Made by a program: the position numbers and the translations under genes. Source: Caldimicrobium sp. (GTDB taxonomy: Bacteria; Desulfobacterota; Thermodesulfobacteria; Thermodesulfobacteriales; Thermodesulfobacteriaceae). Taken from it: a stretch of DNA of 64,000 nucleotides. The stretch is taken from NCBI GenBank assembly GCA_025060015.1, contig JANXDB010000066.1, forward strand, positions 8,635 through 72,634. Direction: 5' to 3'. The notes under the pieces are model-generated. The model ran no database searches, had not been told where the DNA came from, and worked only from the letters and a program-made list of their open reading frames with translations. Below, piece after piece: positions 50,244 to 60,368 of the stretch (within the stretch, counting starts at the first letter, position 1; every line of letters starts with the position of its first letter).

Positions 50244-51575
50244 GTGAACACCGAAGAAAGGGAACTGACACCAAGGGAGATCGTAGCAGAGCTTGATCGC
50301 TATATCATAGGACAGGCCAAAGCCAAAAGAGCTGTAGCCATTGCCCTTAGAAATCGTTGGAGAAGAAGAAAGCTTGCTGATCCTATCAAAGAGGAGATCT
50401 ATCCAAAGAACATTCTCATGATTGGTCCAACTGGGGTTGGTAAAACTGAAATCGCTCGACGCTTAGCAAAATTAGCAAGAGCTCCTTTTATCAAAGTAGA
50501 AGCTACCAAGTTTACCGAAGTAGGGTATGTGGGCAGAGATGTGGAATCCATGGTCAGGGATCTGACCAGTGTGGCTGTACAAATGATTCGTGATGAGGAG
50601 GAGAAAAAGGTCCATGCTAGGGCAAAAGAGTTGGCAGAAGAGCGAATAGCTGAACTTTTGCTTCCCCAATCATCACCTCGGGTTAGCTACGACAGCCAAA
50701 CTAAGGAGAAATTCATAAAAATGCTCAGGGACGGAGTACTTGATGAGAGGGAGATTGAAATTGAGATAGAACCTAGAGACAAAATGCCTGCCATTGAAAT
50801 ACTTGCGGCTTCAGGTCTAGAAGATATTGAAATGCAGCTTAGAGAGATGTTCTCAACATTTATGCCTCTTCGGACTAAGAAGAGAAGACTTAAGATAAAA
50901 GAGGCCCTACCTCTGATCATCAAGGAGGAGGCAGGTAAGCTCATAGACATGGATAAAGTGCTTCGCGAAGCCATTCATCGCACTGAGACTAGTGGCATAA
51001 TCTTCATCGATGAAATTGACAAAATCGCAAGTAGAGGTGAAACCACTGGCCCAGACGTCTCCCGAGAGGGTGTCCAACGAGATCTCCTTCCCATAGTGGA
51101 GGGAACGACGGTGAATACCCGCTACGGTATGGTTAGGACAGATTACATCCTTTTCATTGCCAGTGGTGCCTTTCACACCGCCAGACCATCAGACCTAATC
51201 CCCGAACTTCAGGGAAGATTCCCCATCCGAGTAGAATTAGACTCTCTCACAAAAGAGGACTTTATACGCATTCTCACTGAGCCTGAAAACGCCATACTAA
51301 AGCAGTATCAGGCACTTTTTAGCACTGAGGGGGTTGAAGTTGAATTTACCCCTGAAGCCATTGAAGAGTTAGCCCAAATTGCCTTTGAAATCAATCAAAA
51401 AATGGAAAATATCGGTGCACGAAGGCTTTACACCGTTGTAGAGAAAGTCTTAGAGGATCTCTCCTTTGAAGCCCCTGATATCGCCCCTACAAAGGTCATC
51501 CTAACTCCCCAATATGTAAGAGAAAGGCTAAGTGACATCATTGAAAGAGAAGAGCTGATGAAATTCATCCTCTAA
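50244..51575 (+). CDS. hslU: ATP-dependent protease ATPase subunit HslU
   Basis: [37 protein letters not shown]. Confidence 0.97.
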   Translation: MNTEERELTPREIVAELDRYIIGQAKAKRAVAIALRNRWRRRKLADPIKEEIYPKNILMIGPTGVGKTEIARRLAKLARAPFIKVEATKFTEVGYVGRDVESMVRDLTSVAVQMIRDEEEKKVHARAKELAEERIAELLLPQSSPRVSYDSQTKEKFIKMLRDGVLDEREIEIEIEPRDKMPAIEILAASGLEDIEMQLREMFSTFMPLRTKKRRLKIKEALPLIIKEEAGKLIDMDKVLREAIHRTETSGIIFIDEIDKIASRGETTGPDVSREGVQRDLLPIVEGTTVNTRYGMVRTDYILFIASGAFHTARPSDLIPELQGRFPIRVELDSLTKEDFIRILTEPENAILKQYQALFSTEGVEVEFTPEAIEELAQIAFEINQKMENIGARRLYTVVEKVLEDLSFEAPDIAPTKVILTPQYVRERLSDIIEREELMKFIL

Positions 51576-51576
51576 A

Positions 51577-52857
51577 ATGGCCTCGCGCAGGGTCCTATTC
51601 TTCACTGGAATCGTTGGCAATACCTTAGAGTGGTATGATTTTATAGTTTATGGTTACTTTGCCAGTCAATTTGCAAAGCTATTTTTCCCAAGTAAAGATC
51701 CTTCTACATCCCTAATCCTAAGCTTTTCCGCCTTTGCCGTGGGCTTTTTCTCAAGACCATTAGGTGCTCTTTTTATCGGTTATCTTGGAGATAAAAAGGG
51801 AAGAAAACCAGCCCTTCTCGTCTCCATCATTCTAATGGCTATTCCCTCCCTTCTGATAATCTTCCTTCCAACCTATGAGACCATTGGCATCGGTGCTCCC
51901 CTGATTTTAACCTTCCTGAGACTTCTCCAGGGGTTCTCTGCCGGCGGAGAATACACCACCTCTGTTGCCTTTTTACTGGAACACAGTCCACCAGAAAGAA
52001 GAGCTCTCTGGAGTAGTCTTAACCTACTGGGAGCAATCTTTGGGATCCTCTTGGGCTCCCTAACGGCAACCTTGTTACACTATGTATTAGATCAGAGGAC
52101 CTTAGATGCCTATGGCTGGCGAATAGCTTACCTTCCAACGGTCTTTCTCGCTATTGTTGGTTATGTGATAAGAAAACATACCTATGAAACCCCTGCTTTC
52201 TTAAGAGAGCAACTATCTCCCCTCAAAGGCTTCCCCCTACTGTATGCACTAAGACACCATCCAAGAGCTTTCCTACTTACCCTAATACTTTCTATGGTTC
52301 AGGGGGTTGCCTTTTATATTCTATTTGTCTATTTCCCCACCTACTTTTCCCGCTACCTAAATTTACCCCCTACTCAAGCCCTACTCTCAAACACCCTAGC
52401 CATGACCCTGCTTTGTGTCTTAATCATTCCCTGTGCATATCTATCAGATCGTCTTGGAAGAAGACCTCTTTTTATCTTTTCATTGGCCCTCTTTGCTGGG
52501 CTATCCTTTTGGCTAAATAGATACCTCTTAGATGGTGCTTTTTCTGGAATTTTAGCTATTCATATCACCTTTGCCCTTATATCCGGATTCTTTATGAGTA
52601 TCTTACCAGTAACCCTTGCGGAACTCTTTCCCGTTAAGGTCAGAAGCACTTCCTTTGCCGTGCTCTATAACGTCTCTTTAGCCCTTTTTGGAGGAACAGC
52701 CCCGATGCTTGCCACCTACTTTGTTGACAAAAGACACTTTCTCCTCTTTCCCGGAGCCTATCTCTCCGTAGTTACTGCCCTTGCTTTTGTATTCGTTCTC
52801 CTTTTCTTGCCAGAGACTCATCCACTAAGGGCCAAAGGTTCTGCCCAAAGGTCATAG
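51577..52857 (+). CDS. MFS transporter, ProP/metabolite:H+ symporter family
   Basis: GNTLEWYDF, GDKKGRK, QGFSAGGEY, FGGTAP. Confidence 0.9.
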   Translation: MASRRVLFFTGIVGNTLEWYDFIVYGYFASQFAKLFFPSKDPSTSLILSFSAFAVGFFSRPLGALFIGYLGDKKGRKPALLVSIILMAIPSLLIIFLPTYETIGIGAPLILTFLRLLQGFSAGGEYTTSVAFLLEHSPPERRALWSSLNLLGAIFGILLGSLTATLLHYVLDQRTLDAYGWRIAYLPTVFLAIVGYVIRKHTYETPAFLREQLSPLKGFPLLYALRHHPRAFLLTLILSMVQGVAFYILFVYFPTYFSRYLNLPPTQALLSNTLAMTLLCVLIIPCAYLSDRLGRRPLFIFSLALFAGLSFWLNRYLLDGAFSGILAIHITFALISGFFMSILPVTLAELFPVKVRSTSFAVLYNVSLALFGGTAPMLATYFVDKRHFLLFPGAYLSVVTALAFVFVLLFLPETHPLRAKGSAQRS

Positions 52858-54113
52858 ATACCACTTTTTACGATCTTCACCTTGATCAAATCTCCAGGCA
52901 TAAGGGAATTTCTTCTGTTCTTTAAGTAAGTTATTCCATCAATCTCGGGTGCCTGAATTTTGGTTATACCAAAGGGCCTTCCACACAGATCCTCCCCCAA
53001 AACCAAGAGCTCTTCTTCTTGACCAATCCTTCCTTCTAGCAAAACCTTAGTGATGTCCTTCTGTTGTCTTAAAACCTCTCTTTTCCTTCTTTGTCTCTCT
53101 CTGTAGGGAATCTGATTCTGATAAGCTGCTGCTTCTGTGCCCTCCTCGGGATAAAAGGGAAAGACACCTAAGTAATCGAATTTAGCTTCCCTTAAAAACT
53201 CCATTAAAAAGGAGAACTCCTCCTCTTCCTCCCCAGGAAATCCCACTATTATGCTGGTTCTAATGGAAGAGGAAGGATTTAGTCTTTTGATGTAGCTGAT
53301 AAGAGAGAGGACTTTTTCGGGAGAATATCCCCTCTTCATTCTCTTTAGGATTTCTGGGTGGGCATGCTGTATAGGGATATCAAAATAAGGAACAACTTTA
53401 GGGATACTTAGCAAATTCTCTATGAAAGGCTCTTTAATATGCAGTGGATGAAGATAAAGAAGACGGATCCTAAATTCATAGGGTAGATGTGAGATTCTCT
53501 CCAAGAGCCTAAGTAGGGCATCTCTTTGATTCATATCCCTACCATAGGAGGTGATATCCTGTCCCACAAGAATAATCTCTTTTACACCGATCTTTAGGAG
53601 GTTTTCTACCTCCTTTAGCAACTGTTCCATTGGTTTACTGCGAAAGGGCCCCCTTATCTTGGGGATAGTGCAATAGCTACAGCGGTGATTACATCCTTCA
53701 GAGATCTTTAGGTAAGCAAAAAAGGGGTTATCCGTTAAAACCCTTTCTACCGGTTCTTCTTTACTGAAATACCTATAAGACTCAATGCCGTAGAACTCAT
53801 CCACCTCTGGCAAAAGAGCCTTTAGCTCAGGTTCTCCATATCTTGCAGGGAGACATCCAGACACAATGAGCTTTTGTGCTTTTCCCTTGTTTGATCCAAG
53901 TTCAAAGATATGTTCCAAAGCCTCTTCAATAGAGGGTTTGATGAAGGCACAGGTATTTACCCAAAGAAGCTCTGCATCTTCAGGGTTTAAAGTGAACTCA
54001 TAGCCTTGCTGTTGAAAAATATAGAGCAATTTTTCGAAATCACTTTTATTTTTAGGGCAGCCAAGGCTAACGGGATAAATTTTTTTAGAGACTTTTGATT
54101 TGCTGGATTTCAT
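52818..54113 (-). CDS. rimO: Ribosomal protein S12 methylthiotransferase RimO
   Basis: SLGCPKN, NTCAFI, SGCL, EGCNHRCSYC, APEIDG, TRAM tail. Confidence 0.93.
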   Translation of the reverse strand: MKSSKSKVSKKIYPVSLGCPKNKSDFEKLLYIFQQQGYEFTLNPEDAELLWVNTCAFIKPSIEEALEHIFELGSNKGKAQKLIVSGCLPARYGEPELKALLPEVDEFYGIESYRYFSKEEPVERVLTDNPFFAYLKISEGCNHRCSYCTIPKIRGPFRSKPMEQLLKEVENLLKIGVKEIILVGQDITSYGRDMNQRDALLRLLERISHLPYEFRIRLLYLHPLHIKEPFIENLLSIPKVVPYFDIPIQHAHPEILKRMKRGYSPEKVLSLISYIKRLNPSSSIRTSIIVGFPGEEEEEFSFLMEFLREAKFDYLGVFPFYPEEGTEAAAYQNQIPYRERQRRKREVLRQQKDITKVLLEGRIGQEEELLVLGEDLCGRPFGITKIQAPEIDGITYLKNRRNSLMPGDLIKVKIVKSGIYDLWAEPLALSG

Positions 54114-54441
54114 TTTGCTCTTTTAGATAGATGATTCGTGTCTTAAAGTAGGGCAGATCTCCCTCTCCAACCCAGGCGTAAGCGGCAATAATTAGCTGAT
54201 CACCCACTTCACCAAGCCTTGCCGCAGCACCATTCAAGATCACCTGCCCCTTTTCCCCCTCAATCAAGTAGGTCTCAAAGCGCGCTCCGTTGTTGATATT
54301 GTAAATCCACACTGCCTCAAAGGGCAAAAGACCGGCTCTGTCCATGATCTCCTTATCTAGGGTCAAACTGCCTTCATAGTAAAGGTTCTTATCAGTAACC
54401 GTTGCCTGCTGAATCTTTACTTTCAGCATCTTTCTCAGCAT
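54085..54441 (-). CDS. panD: Aspartate 1-decarboxylase
   Basis: YEGS self-cleavage site, NGARFETY, NGAAAR. Confidence 0.93.
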   Translation of the reverse strand: MLRKMLKVKIQQATVTDKNLYYEGSLTLDKEIMDRAGLLPFEAVWIYNINNGARFETYLIEGEKGQVILNGAAARLGEVGDQLIIAAYAWVGEGDLPYFKTRIIYLKEQNEIQQIKSL

Positions 54442-54450
54442 AGCTCCTCC

Positions 54451-55296
54451 CTATAGATCTATAATCTTATTATCAATAAGCCTGGTTTTACCAACGAAGA
54501 CAGCCAAAGCCACCAAAACTGGCCCTCTAATCTCCTCAACACTTTGCAGAGTATGAGGGTGGACAATCTCCACGTATTGAACCTTAGTGTGAGGAAAACT
54601 CTCAATGTATTCTTTTGTGAGTTCTCTAATCTTTGTTAAGTCCCTCTCCCCTCCAAGGATTAATCTCTCTACAAACTTAAGGGCTTGATAGAGGGAAAGG
54701 GCAGATCTTCTCTCCTCTGATGAGAGATATGTATTTCTTGAACTCATAGCTAACCCATCTTCTTCCCTAACAATGGGATGTCTCAGTATTTCCATATCCA
54801 AATCCAAGTCCTTTACCATCTGCTCAACGACTCTTATCTGCTGATAGTCCTTCTCTCCAAAGACTGCTAAATCTGGTTTGACGATGTTAAACAATTTCAA
54901 AAGGATGGTGGCAACGCCTTTAAAATGTCCGGATCTAAAGGCCCCACAGAGCCCAGATGATAAATGGGTTACCTCTACGTAAGTTTGGTAATCGGCAGGG
55001 TATATATCCTCAACTTCAGGAACAAAAAGTATATCAACTCCCTCTTTTTCTAAAAGAGGGATATCCCTTTCTAAGTCACGAGGATATGCCTGAAAGTCCT
55101 CATTTGGTCCAAATTGCAGAGGATTTACAAAGATACTTACCACTGTTCTATCTGATTTACACTTTGCAAGTCTAATGAGACTGAGATGGCCCTCGTGAAG
55201 ATATCCCATGGTTGGCACAAAACCGATACGATAGCCCTCTTTCTTAAAACCTCTACTTATAGCTTTCATTTGCTCTTTGGATTTAACTATTTCCAT
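54451..55296 (-). CDS. panC: Pantoate-beta-alanine ligase
   Basis: VPTMGYLHEGH, FVNPLQF, FGEKDYQQ, GLAMSSRN, RLIDN. Confidence 0.97.
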   Translation of the reverse strand: MEIVKSKEQMKAISRGFKKEGYRIGFVPTMGYLHEGHLSLIRLAKCKSDRTVVSIFVNPLQFGPNEDFQAYPRDLERDIPLLEKEGVDILFVPEVEDIYPADYQTYVEVTHLSSGLCGAFRSGHFKGVATILLKLFNIVKPDLAVFGEKDYQQIRVVEQMVKDLDLDMEILRHPIVREEDGLAMSSRNTYLSSEERRSALSLYQALKFVERLILGGERDLTKIRELTKEYIESFPHTKVQYVEIVHPHTLQSVEEIRGPVLVALAVFVGKTRLIDNKIIDL

Positions 55297-56159
55297 TCTT
55301 CTAAATCAATCCTCACCATTGGATCAAGAATGTAGTTGATTTTTTGAAAAACGGTTTTTTTTATCATCTCTTCCGCTGACCTATCAAACCTCCCATCAAG
55401 ACCGCTCTCTTTTCTCTCATTGAGTCTACCCCTTACCCATTCTTCCCAAAGAAGGATTCTGGAACCTTTGGCCTCCTCTTTAATGTGGAAGTACCAAAAG
55501 GTAAAATTATTGATTTTAAAATATAAACCACCTTCCCAAAAATCCAAAGGCTTGACCTTGAGAGGATAAGCCAATTTCTTTAGCATTTCAAAGAGAGGCT
55601 TTTGTGAGTCTATGATATAAACCCTTTGCATGGGCTTTAAAAATTTGATTAGTCGATCTAAGTCAGAGTTGTTAAGGGCTATACAACCCTGAGTCCAGTT
55701 AAAATCAAGCTTCTCCTTTTCTTGCTTGGAATTACCACCACCGTGTATACCGATGGCATAACCTAAAATCTTCTTTGAGTTGGAGGAGGAATTGGTCCAA
55801 ATCTCTTTGAGTTTTGCCCAGTCTATTTCCCCTCTGTAGTAAGCAAGAGCTATATCGTTTTTGTTTGGATAAGAAAGTTCGACAAAGACATGATATAGAT
55901 TAGATGGTCTTATCTCTTTTATGTGATAAATCCCCTCAGGAGTTAAAAAATCACCTTTTTTTCTCTTTGGTAAAGAGGCTTTCAAACCTTGGGCACCAGG
56001 CATATCAAAAAGAATGCTTTCTCCCTTTCTTAAGTAAAGCCGATAATCGGCTTTATCGTAAATCAAAAAAACTTCCTCACCCAAGGTTGACCTTGTAAAA
56101 ATTGTTATTAAAAAAATGACTAAAACCAAAATTTGTAGAATCTCTTTATTCAGAAACAT
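55287..56159 (-). CDS. L,D-transpeptidase (YkuD)-family protein with C-terminal extension
   Basis: N-terminal TM/signal, GDFLTPEG, IGIHGG...WTQGCIAL catalytic His/Cys. Confidence 0.8.
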   Translation of the reverse strand: MFLNKEILQILVLVIFLITIFTRSTLGEEVFLIYDKADYRLYLRKGESILFDMPGAQGLKASLPKRKKGDFLTPEGIYHIKEIRPSNLYHVFVELSYPNKNDIALAYYRGEIDWAKLKEIWTNSSSNSKKILGYAIGIHGGGNSKQEKEKLDFNWTQGCIALNNSDLDRLIKFLKPMQRVYIIDSQKPLFEMLKKLAYPLKVKPLDFWEGGLYFKINNFTFWYFHIKEEAKGSRILLWEEWVRGRLNERKESGLDGRFDRSAEEMIKKTVFQKINYILDPMVRIDLEEWK

Positions 56160-56213
56160 TTTTTAAAAAACCCCTTGACAATATTTTAAATTCTTTTAAA
56201 AATATGAAAATAT

Positions 56214-56600
56214 ATGGAAATTTTAACGATAAAATCCACTAAGAAGACAGAGCTTATAGATATTACGTCAGACATTGAAAAGCATCTTCCACATAAAGAC
56301 GGGATTTGTTATGTCTTCAATCCCCACACTACAGCGGGTCTCATAGTGAATGAAGGAGCTGATCCCTCTGTTAAAGAGGACATATTGACCATTTTCTCAC
56401 AACTAGCCCCTGAAAAATACCCCTATCGTCATTTAGAGGGTAATTCCCCTGGGCATATAAAATCCAGTCTTACTGGTCCAACCTTGGTATTGCTAGTTGA
56501 AAAAGGTAAACTAATTTTAGGGACCTGGCAAAGGGTATTTTTTGCGGAATATGATGGCCCAAGAACAAGAAAGGTTTATATCAAATTCTTAGAGTCTTAG
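56214..56600 (+). CDS. yjbQ: YjbQ/UPF0047 family protein
   Basis: HTTAGL..NE, HLEGNSPGHIKSSL, LGTWQ..FFAEYDGPR. Confidence 0.9.
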   Translation: MEILTIKSTKKTELIDITSDIEKHLPHKDGICYVFNPHTTAGLIVNEGADPSVKEDILTIFSQLAPEKYPYRHLEGNSPGHIKSSLTGPTLVLLVEKGKLILGTWQRVFFAEYDGPRTRKVYIKFLES

Positions 56601-56602
56601 AA

Positions 56603-57364
56603 TTGATAAAAGTTATACTTTTGTTTAGTTTCACAACCCTTCTTATCTCCTGTATAGCTCAACAGCAATATTACATCGATAAAACAACATCACATAAAGA
56701 GGTTGCCAGACTTTACATAGCTGAGGGCCGCTACACTGATGCCCTAAAGGAGCTGGAGCTAGCCAAAAAAACAATCGAATGTGATGCAGAAACCTTTAAT
56801 CTTTTGGCTACAGTTTACATGGCAAAAAAGGATTTTTCCAAGGCTGAGGAGGCATTGGATGAGGCTTTAAGGAGAAATCCAAACTATTCTGAAGCTTACA
56901 CAAACTATGGAACCCTGAGAATGCTTCAAGGAAGATATCAGGAGGCCATTCATTATTTTGAAAAGGCACTTGCCAATCCTTTTTATCTCAATGCCCACCT
57001 GGCTTATACCAACATGGGCTGGGCTTATTATCAGTTGGGTGATAAAGAGAAGGCCCTAAACTCCCTCTTTTCTGCCTTAAAGGAAAATGCTCGTGCCACC
57101 AAGTCTCTGATATACATCGCCCTTATACACCTAAATGAGGGAGATTTGACCTCCGCTGAGTTTTATCTAAAAAGGGTTCTCAAAACCGATAGAGGCTCTG
57201 CTGAGGCCCGCTATCATCTTGGAGAAGTCTTTCTAAGACAGGGAAGACACGAACTGGCAAAGGAAATATGGGAATCGGTGGTACAGCTTAATCCAGGTTC
57301 AGAATGGGGTAATCTTGCGGAAGATAGGCTATATCTTCTTAAAAGAATGGAACTATCAAGATAA
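56603..57364 (+). CDS. TPR lipoprotein (PilF/PilW-like)
   Basis: Lipobox LISC, tandem TPRs, LANPFY. Confidence 0.7.
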   Translation: MIKVILLFSFTTLLISCIAQQQYYIDKTTSHKEVARLYIAEGRYTDALKELELAKKTIECDAETFNLLATVYMAKKDFSKAEEALDEALRRNPNYSEAYTNYGTLRMLQGRYQEAIHYFEKALANPFYLNAHLAYTNMGWAYYQLGDKEKALNSLFSALKENARATKSLIYIALIHLNEGDLTSAEFYLKRVLKTDRGSAEARYHLGEVFLRQGRHELAKEIWESVVQLNPGSEWGNLAEDRLYLLKRMELSR

Positions 57365-58978
57365 CCCTTTAAGTTTATCTCCCCTTTCTATATAAGCTTC
57401 CATTCTGTTCAATGCTTTAATCAGAGCCTTTAAGCTGGCAATTACTATATCACCGTCTCTTCCAAGACCTGCCGATCTCCTGCCTGATTCATCTTCCAAA
57501 ATCACTCCACAGACACCCTCAGCTGAGGTTCCCCCAGAAAGAGCATCTATGTGAAAGTCAATCAACCTCAGAGGTTTCTTCCCCTCCTCCCTGGAAAAGG
57601 TGTATCCTAAAGCTTCTGCTACAGCTTTATAGGCTGCATCAATGGGACCAACCCCAAGACCAATGGACACTCGTCTGCCTTCCTTCTTATCCTCAATTTC
57701 CACCTGAGCAATGGGCTTTAGTGATCCGCTTAAAACGCTTATAACCTGGGAGGCAAGGAGCTGATATCTATATTGGTCCTCAAGGAGGAGATCTAACACT
57801 ATTCCCTCGAGATAGGCATCATCCACCTGCCTAAGGATATCCTTCACCTCTTCTCGATATCGTTCAAAAACCCTGTCTAAAAGGTCCTTTTCTAAATGCC
57901 AACCAAGACTCTCAAGTTTAAATTTAATAGCATGTCTGCCTGAGTGTTTACCAAGAACAATGGCTGAACCTGTCCATCCAATATCCTCTGGATTAATGAT
58001 CTCATAGGTTGTCCTCTCACAAAGCACTCCATGCTGATGTATTCCTGACTCATGAGCAAAGGCATTGGCTCCAACTATAGCTTTGTTTGGTTGCACTACC
58101 ATACCTGTGTACTGTGATACCATTTGACTAACAGGAACTATCTTCTTGGTATCAATGTCCACCACCGGTGAATAACCTAATTTGGCCTTGAAAAAATCCT
58201 CTCGCGTCCTCAAAGTCATTATAATCTCTTCCAGAGCAGCATTACCTGCTCTTTCGCCAATCCCGTTGATGGTGCCCTCTACCTGTGTTGCTCCTGCTAA
58301 GATTGCGGAAAGAGAATTGGCTACAGCTAACCCTAAATCATTGTGGCAGTGCACAGAAATTCTCAAAGCACCTCCCTTTAATTCCTCTTCGTACCCCTCC
58401 TTTACTAACTTCTCTATGAGAAACTTTATTAAATCATAATATTCCTGGGGAACAGTATAACCTACGGTGTCAGGAATGTTTATTGTTGTGGCACCAGCTT
58501 TAACTACCTCTAAAACTACTTTGGCCAGAAATTCCCTATCACTTCTGGTTGCATCCTCTGCAGAGAACTCTACCTCAGGCGCCAAAGTTTTAGCAAAGGC
58601 CACGGCAGATCTTGCTAATTCCAGGACCTCATCCTTTGTTTTCCTGAGCTTATATTTCATGTGTATATCTGAGGTTGCAATGAAGGTGTGTATCCTTGGA
58701 TTCTCTGCTACTCTAAGGGCTTCCCAGGCAACCTCGATGTCTTTCTTATTTGCCCTCGCTAAAGCAGCAATTGTAGCGCCTTTCAACTCCTTTGCCAAAG
58801 CCTGCACTGCTTGAAAATCTCCTGGGGATGTTATGGGAAAACCAGCCTCTATCACATCTATACCAAGATCCACAAGTGCTAGACCAATCTCTATCTTCTG
58901 TTTCAGATTCAAAGATACACCAGGAGACTGTTCTCCGTCTCTTAAAGTAGTATCAAAAAAGACTATCTTTGAATTCAA
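57356..58978 (-). CDS. leuA: 2-isopropylmalate synthase
   Basis: [36 protein letters not shown], regulatory GVGPIDA; TTG start. Confidence 0.93.
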   Translation of the reverse strand: MNSKIVFFDTTLRDGEQSPGVSLNLKQKIEIGLALVDLGIDVIEAGFPITSPGDFQAVQALAKELKGATIAALARANKKDIEVAWEALRVAENPRIHTFIATSDIHMKYKLRKTKDEVLELARSAVAFAKTLAPEVEFSAEDATRSDREFLAKVVLEVVKAGATTINIPDTVGYTVPQEYYDLIKFLIEKLVKEGYEEELKGGALRISVHCHNDLGLAVANSLSAILAGATQVEGTINGIGERAGNAALEEIIMTLRTREDFFKAKLGYSPVVDIDTKKIVPVSQMVSQYTGMVVQPNKAIVGANAFAHESGIHQHGVLCERTTYEIINPEDIGWTGSAIVLGKHSGRHAIKFKLESLGWHLEKDLLDRVFERYREEVKDILRQVDDAYLEGIVLDLLLEDQYRYQLLASQVISVLSGSLKPIAQVEIEDKKEGRRVSIGLGVGPIDAAYKAVAEALGYTFSREEGKKPLRLIDFHIDALSGGTSAEGVCGVILEDESGRRSAGLGRDGDIVIASLKALIKALNRMEAYIERGDKLKGLS

Positions 58979-59136
58979 GGCTACCTCCTTTGATTTACTA
59001 ATTTAAAATTAAACTAAATTTAAAATTTTTCAAGGCAATAGGGATTAACCATTTAAACTACTAAATTATATCACCAAGCCTAAAGCTTAAAAGAAGTTCA
59101 AGGTAATTTGTCATTTCTGTGATAGAATAAAAAACT

Positions 59137-60303
59137 ATGAAAAATTTGAAAAGATATCCTAAAGGTGCACAATCGCTAATAACTCTGTTTATCAGAAAAA
59201 TATCAAAAGACGAGATCTTACTTTTTGCTCAAAGTCTCACCTACAACACTCTGCTAACACTTATTCCTCTGCTTGGGCTTTTGTTTTCCCTAAGCAGGAT
59301 TTTACTTCCCGAAGATCACTTAATTCAACAGATTTTTAGTTTTTTTGTCAAGTATTTGACACCAGAAGCCTTAATTCAGGTAATGGAGACGATAATAAAA
59401 ATTCTTGATAACCTAAAGAAATTCCCCTTGGGCAAATTCAGCCTATTTTTGTATTTTCTAATGAGCTTGGGTTTACTTTTGCAAATTGAAGATGCCTTAA
59501 ACAGAATTTTTCTATCACACAAGAGAAGATCACTGAAAGAGAGAATCCTTTTCTATTGGATTGCCCTGAATTTAGCACCAGTTATACTCCTTCTGCCTTT
59601 TCTTTTACAGGCCTCTATACAAGGGCTCAGGGATTATCATCTTATCTTCTATTTCCTCTTTTTGTTTCTCTTTTTCTTTTTGGTTTATATATACTTTCCA
59701 GCAAGAAAGATAAGTAAAATCGCTGCTGTTAAAGGTGCAATTTTGGGAACTCTACTCTGGTATAGTTTTTCCATGTTATTTGGTGTTTACGTAAAGAAAG
59801 CTATAGCCTATTCCAAACTCTACGGAAGTCTTTCAGTTGTCCCACTGTTCTTAATATTTCTATTTTTAAACTGGCTGATCTTTCTTATGGGAGCAGAAAT
59901 TACTTACTTTTTGGAGAAAAAACCCTGGATCAAAAGACCCCTTAAGATAGATGGTCCTTTAAGAGCCCTACTTATTCTCTCGGTAATAGCTAGTAATTTT
60001 TATAGGGGTAAAACTACAAAGATTAATAACTTAGAGGCACTCACTTTAATATCAGAGGAAGATCTCCTATCAACTCTCAATTTCCTTGAAATAAAGGGGT
60101 GGATTAAAATAAATGATGAAGAAATCTTTTTGATGATGCCCCCTGAAAAGATACTTCTTTCTGAAATTTTAATGCTTGAGGCCCATCAAAAACTCCAAGA
60201 ATTGTTTAAAGAGTTGAATCTGAACATAAGACTATGTCTTTTAGATTCGGGATTATCAGAAGTTTCATTAAAAGATCTTATATCTGATGATAAAGGGCCC
60301 TGA
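59137..60303 (+). CDS. YihY/virulence factor BrkB family membrane protein with C-terminal HTH
   Basis: AQSLTYNTLLTLIP, YGSLSVVPLFL, GAEI. Confidence 0.85.
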   Translation: MKNLKRYPKGAQSLITLFIRKISKDEILLFAQSLTYNTLLTLIPLLGLLFSLSRILLPEDHLIQQIFSFFVKYLTPEALIQVMETIIKILDNLKKFPLGKFSLFLYFLMSLGLLLQIEDALNRIFLSHKRRSLKERILFYWIALNLAPVILLLPFLLQASIQGLRDYHLIFYFLFLFLFFFLVYIYFPARKISKIAAVKGAILGTLLWYSFSMLFGVYVKKAIAYSKLYGSLSVVPLFLIFLFLNWLIFLMGAEITYFLEKKPWIKRPLKIDGPLRALLILSVIASNFYRGKTTKINNLEALTLISEEDLLSTLNFLEIKGWIKINDEEIFLMMPPEKILLSEILMLEAHQKLQELFKELNLNIRLCLLDSGLSEVSLKDLISDDKGP

Positions 60304-60321
60304 GGTGACCCCCAAGGCCCT
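60291..60321 (-). terminator. Probable terminator of the rhodanese gene
   Basis: Minus strand AGGGCCUUGGGG-GUCA-CCUCAGGGCCCU (12 bp with G.U pairs) followed by UUAUC. Confidence 0.5.
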
Positions 60322-60368
60322 CATTATTGATTGAATTCTTGCATAATTGAATTCTTGCTTAGGCGAAA

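Noticed and set aside
58979-59136. Leucine attenuator or T-box upstream of leuA
   Set aside because: No Leu-rich leader peptide, T-box motif or terminator hairpin seen.
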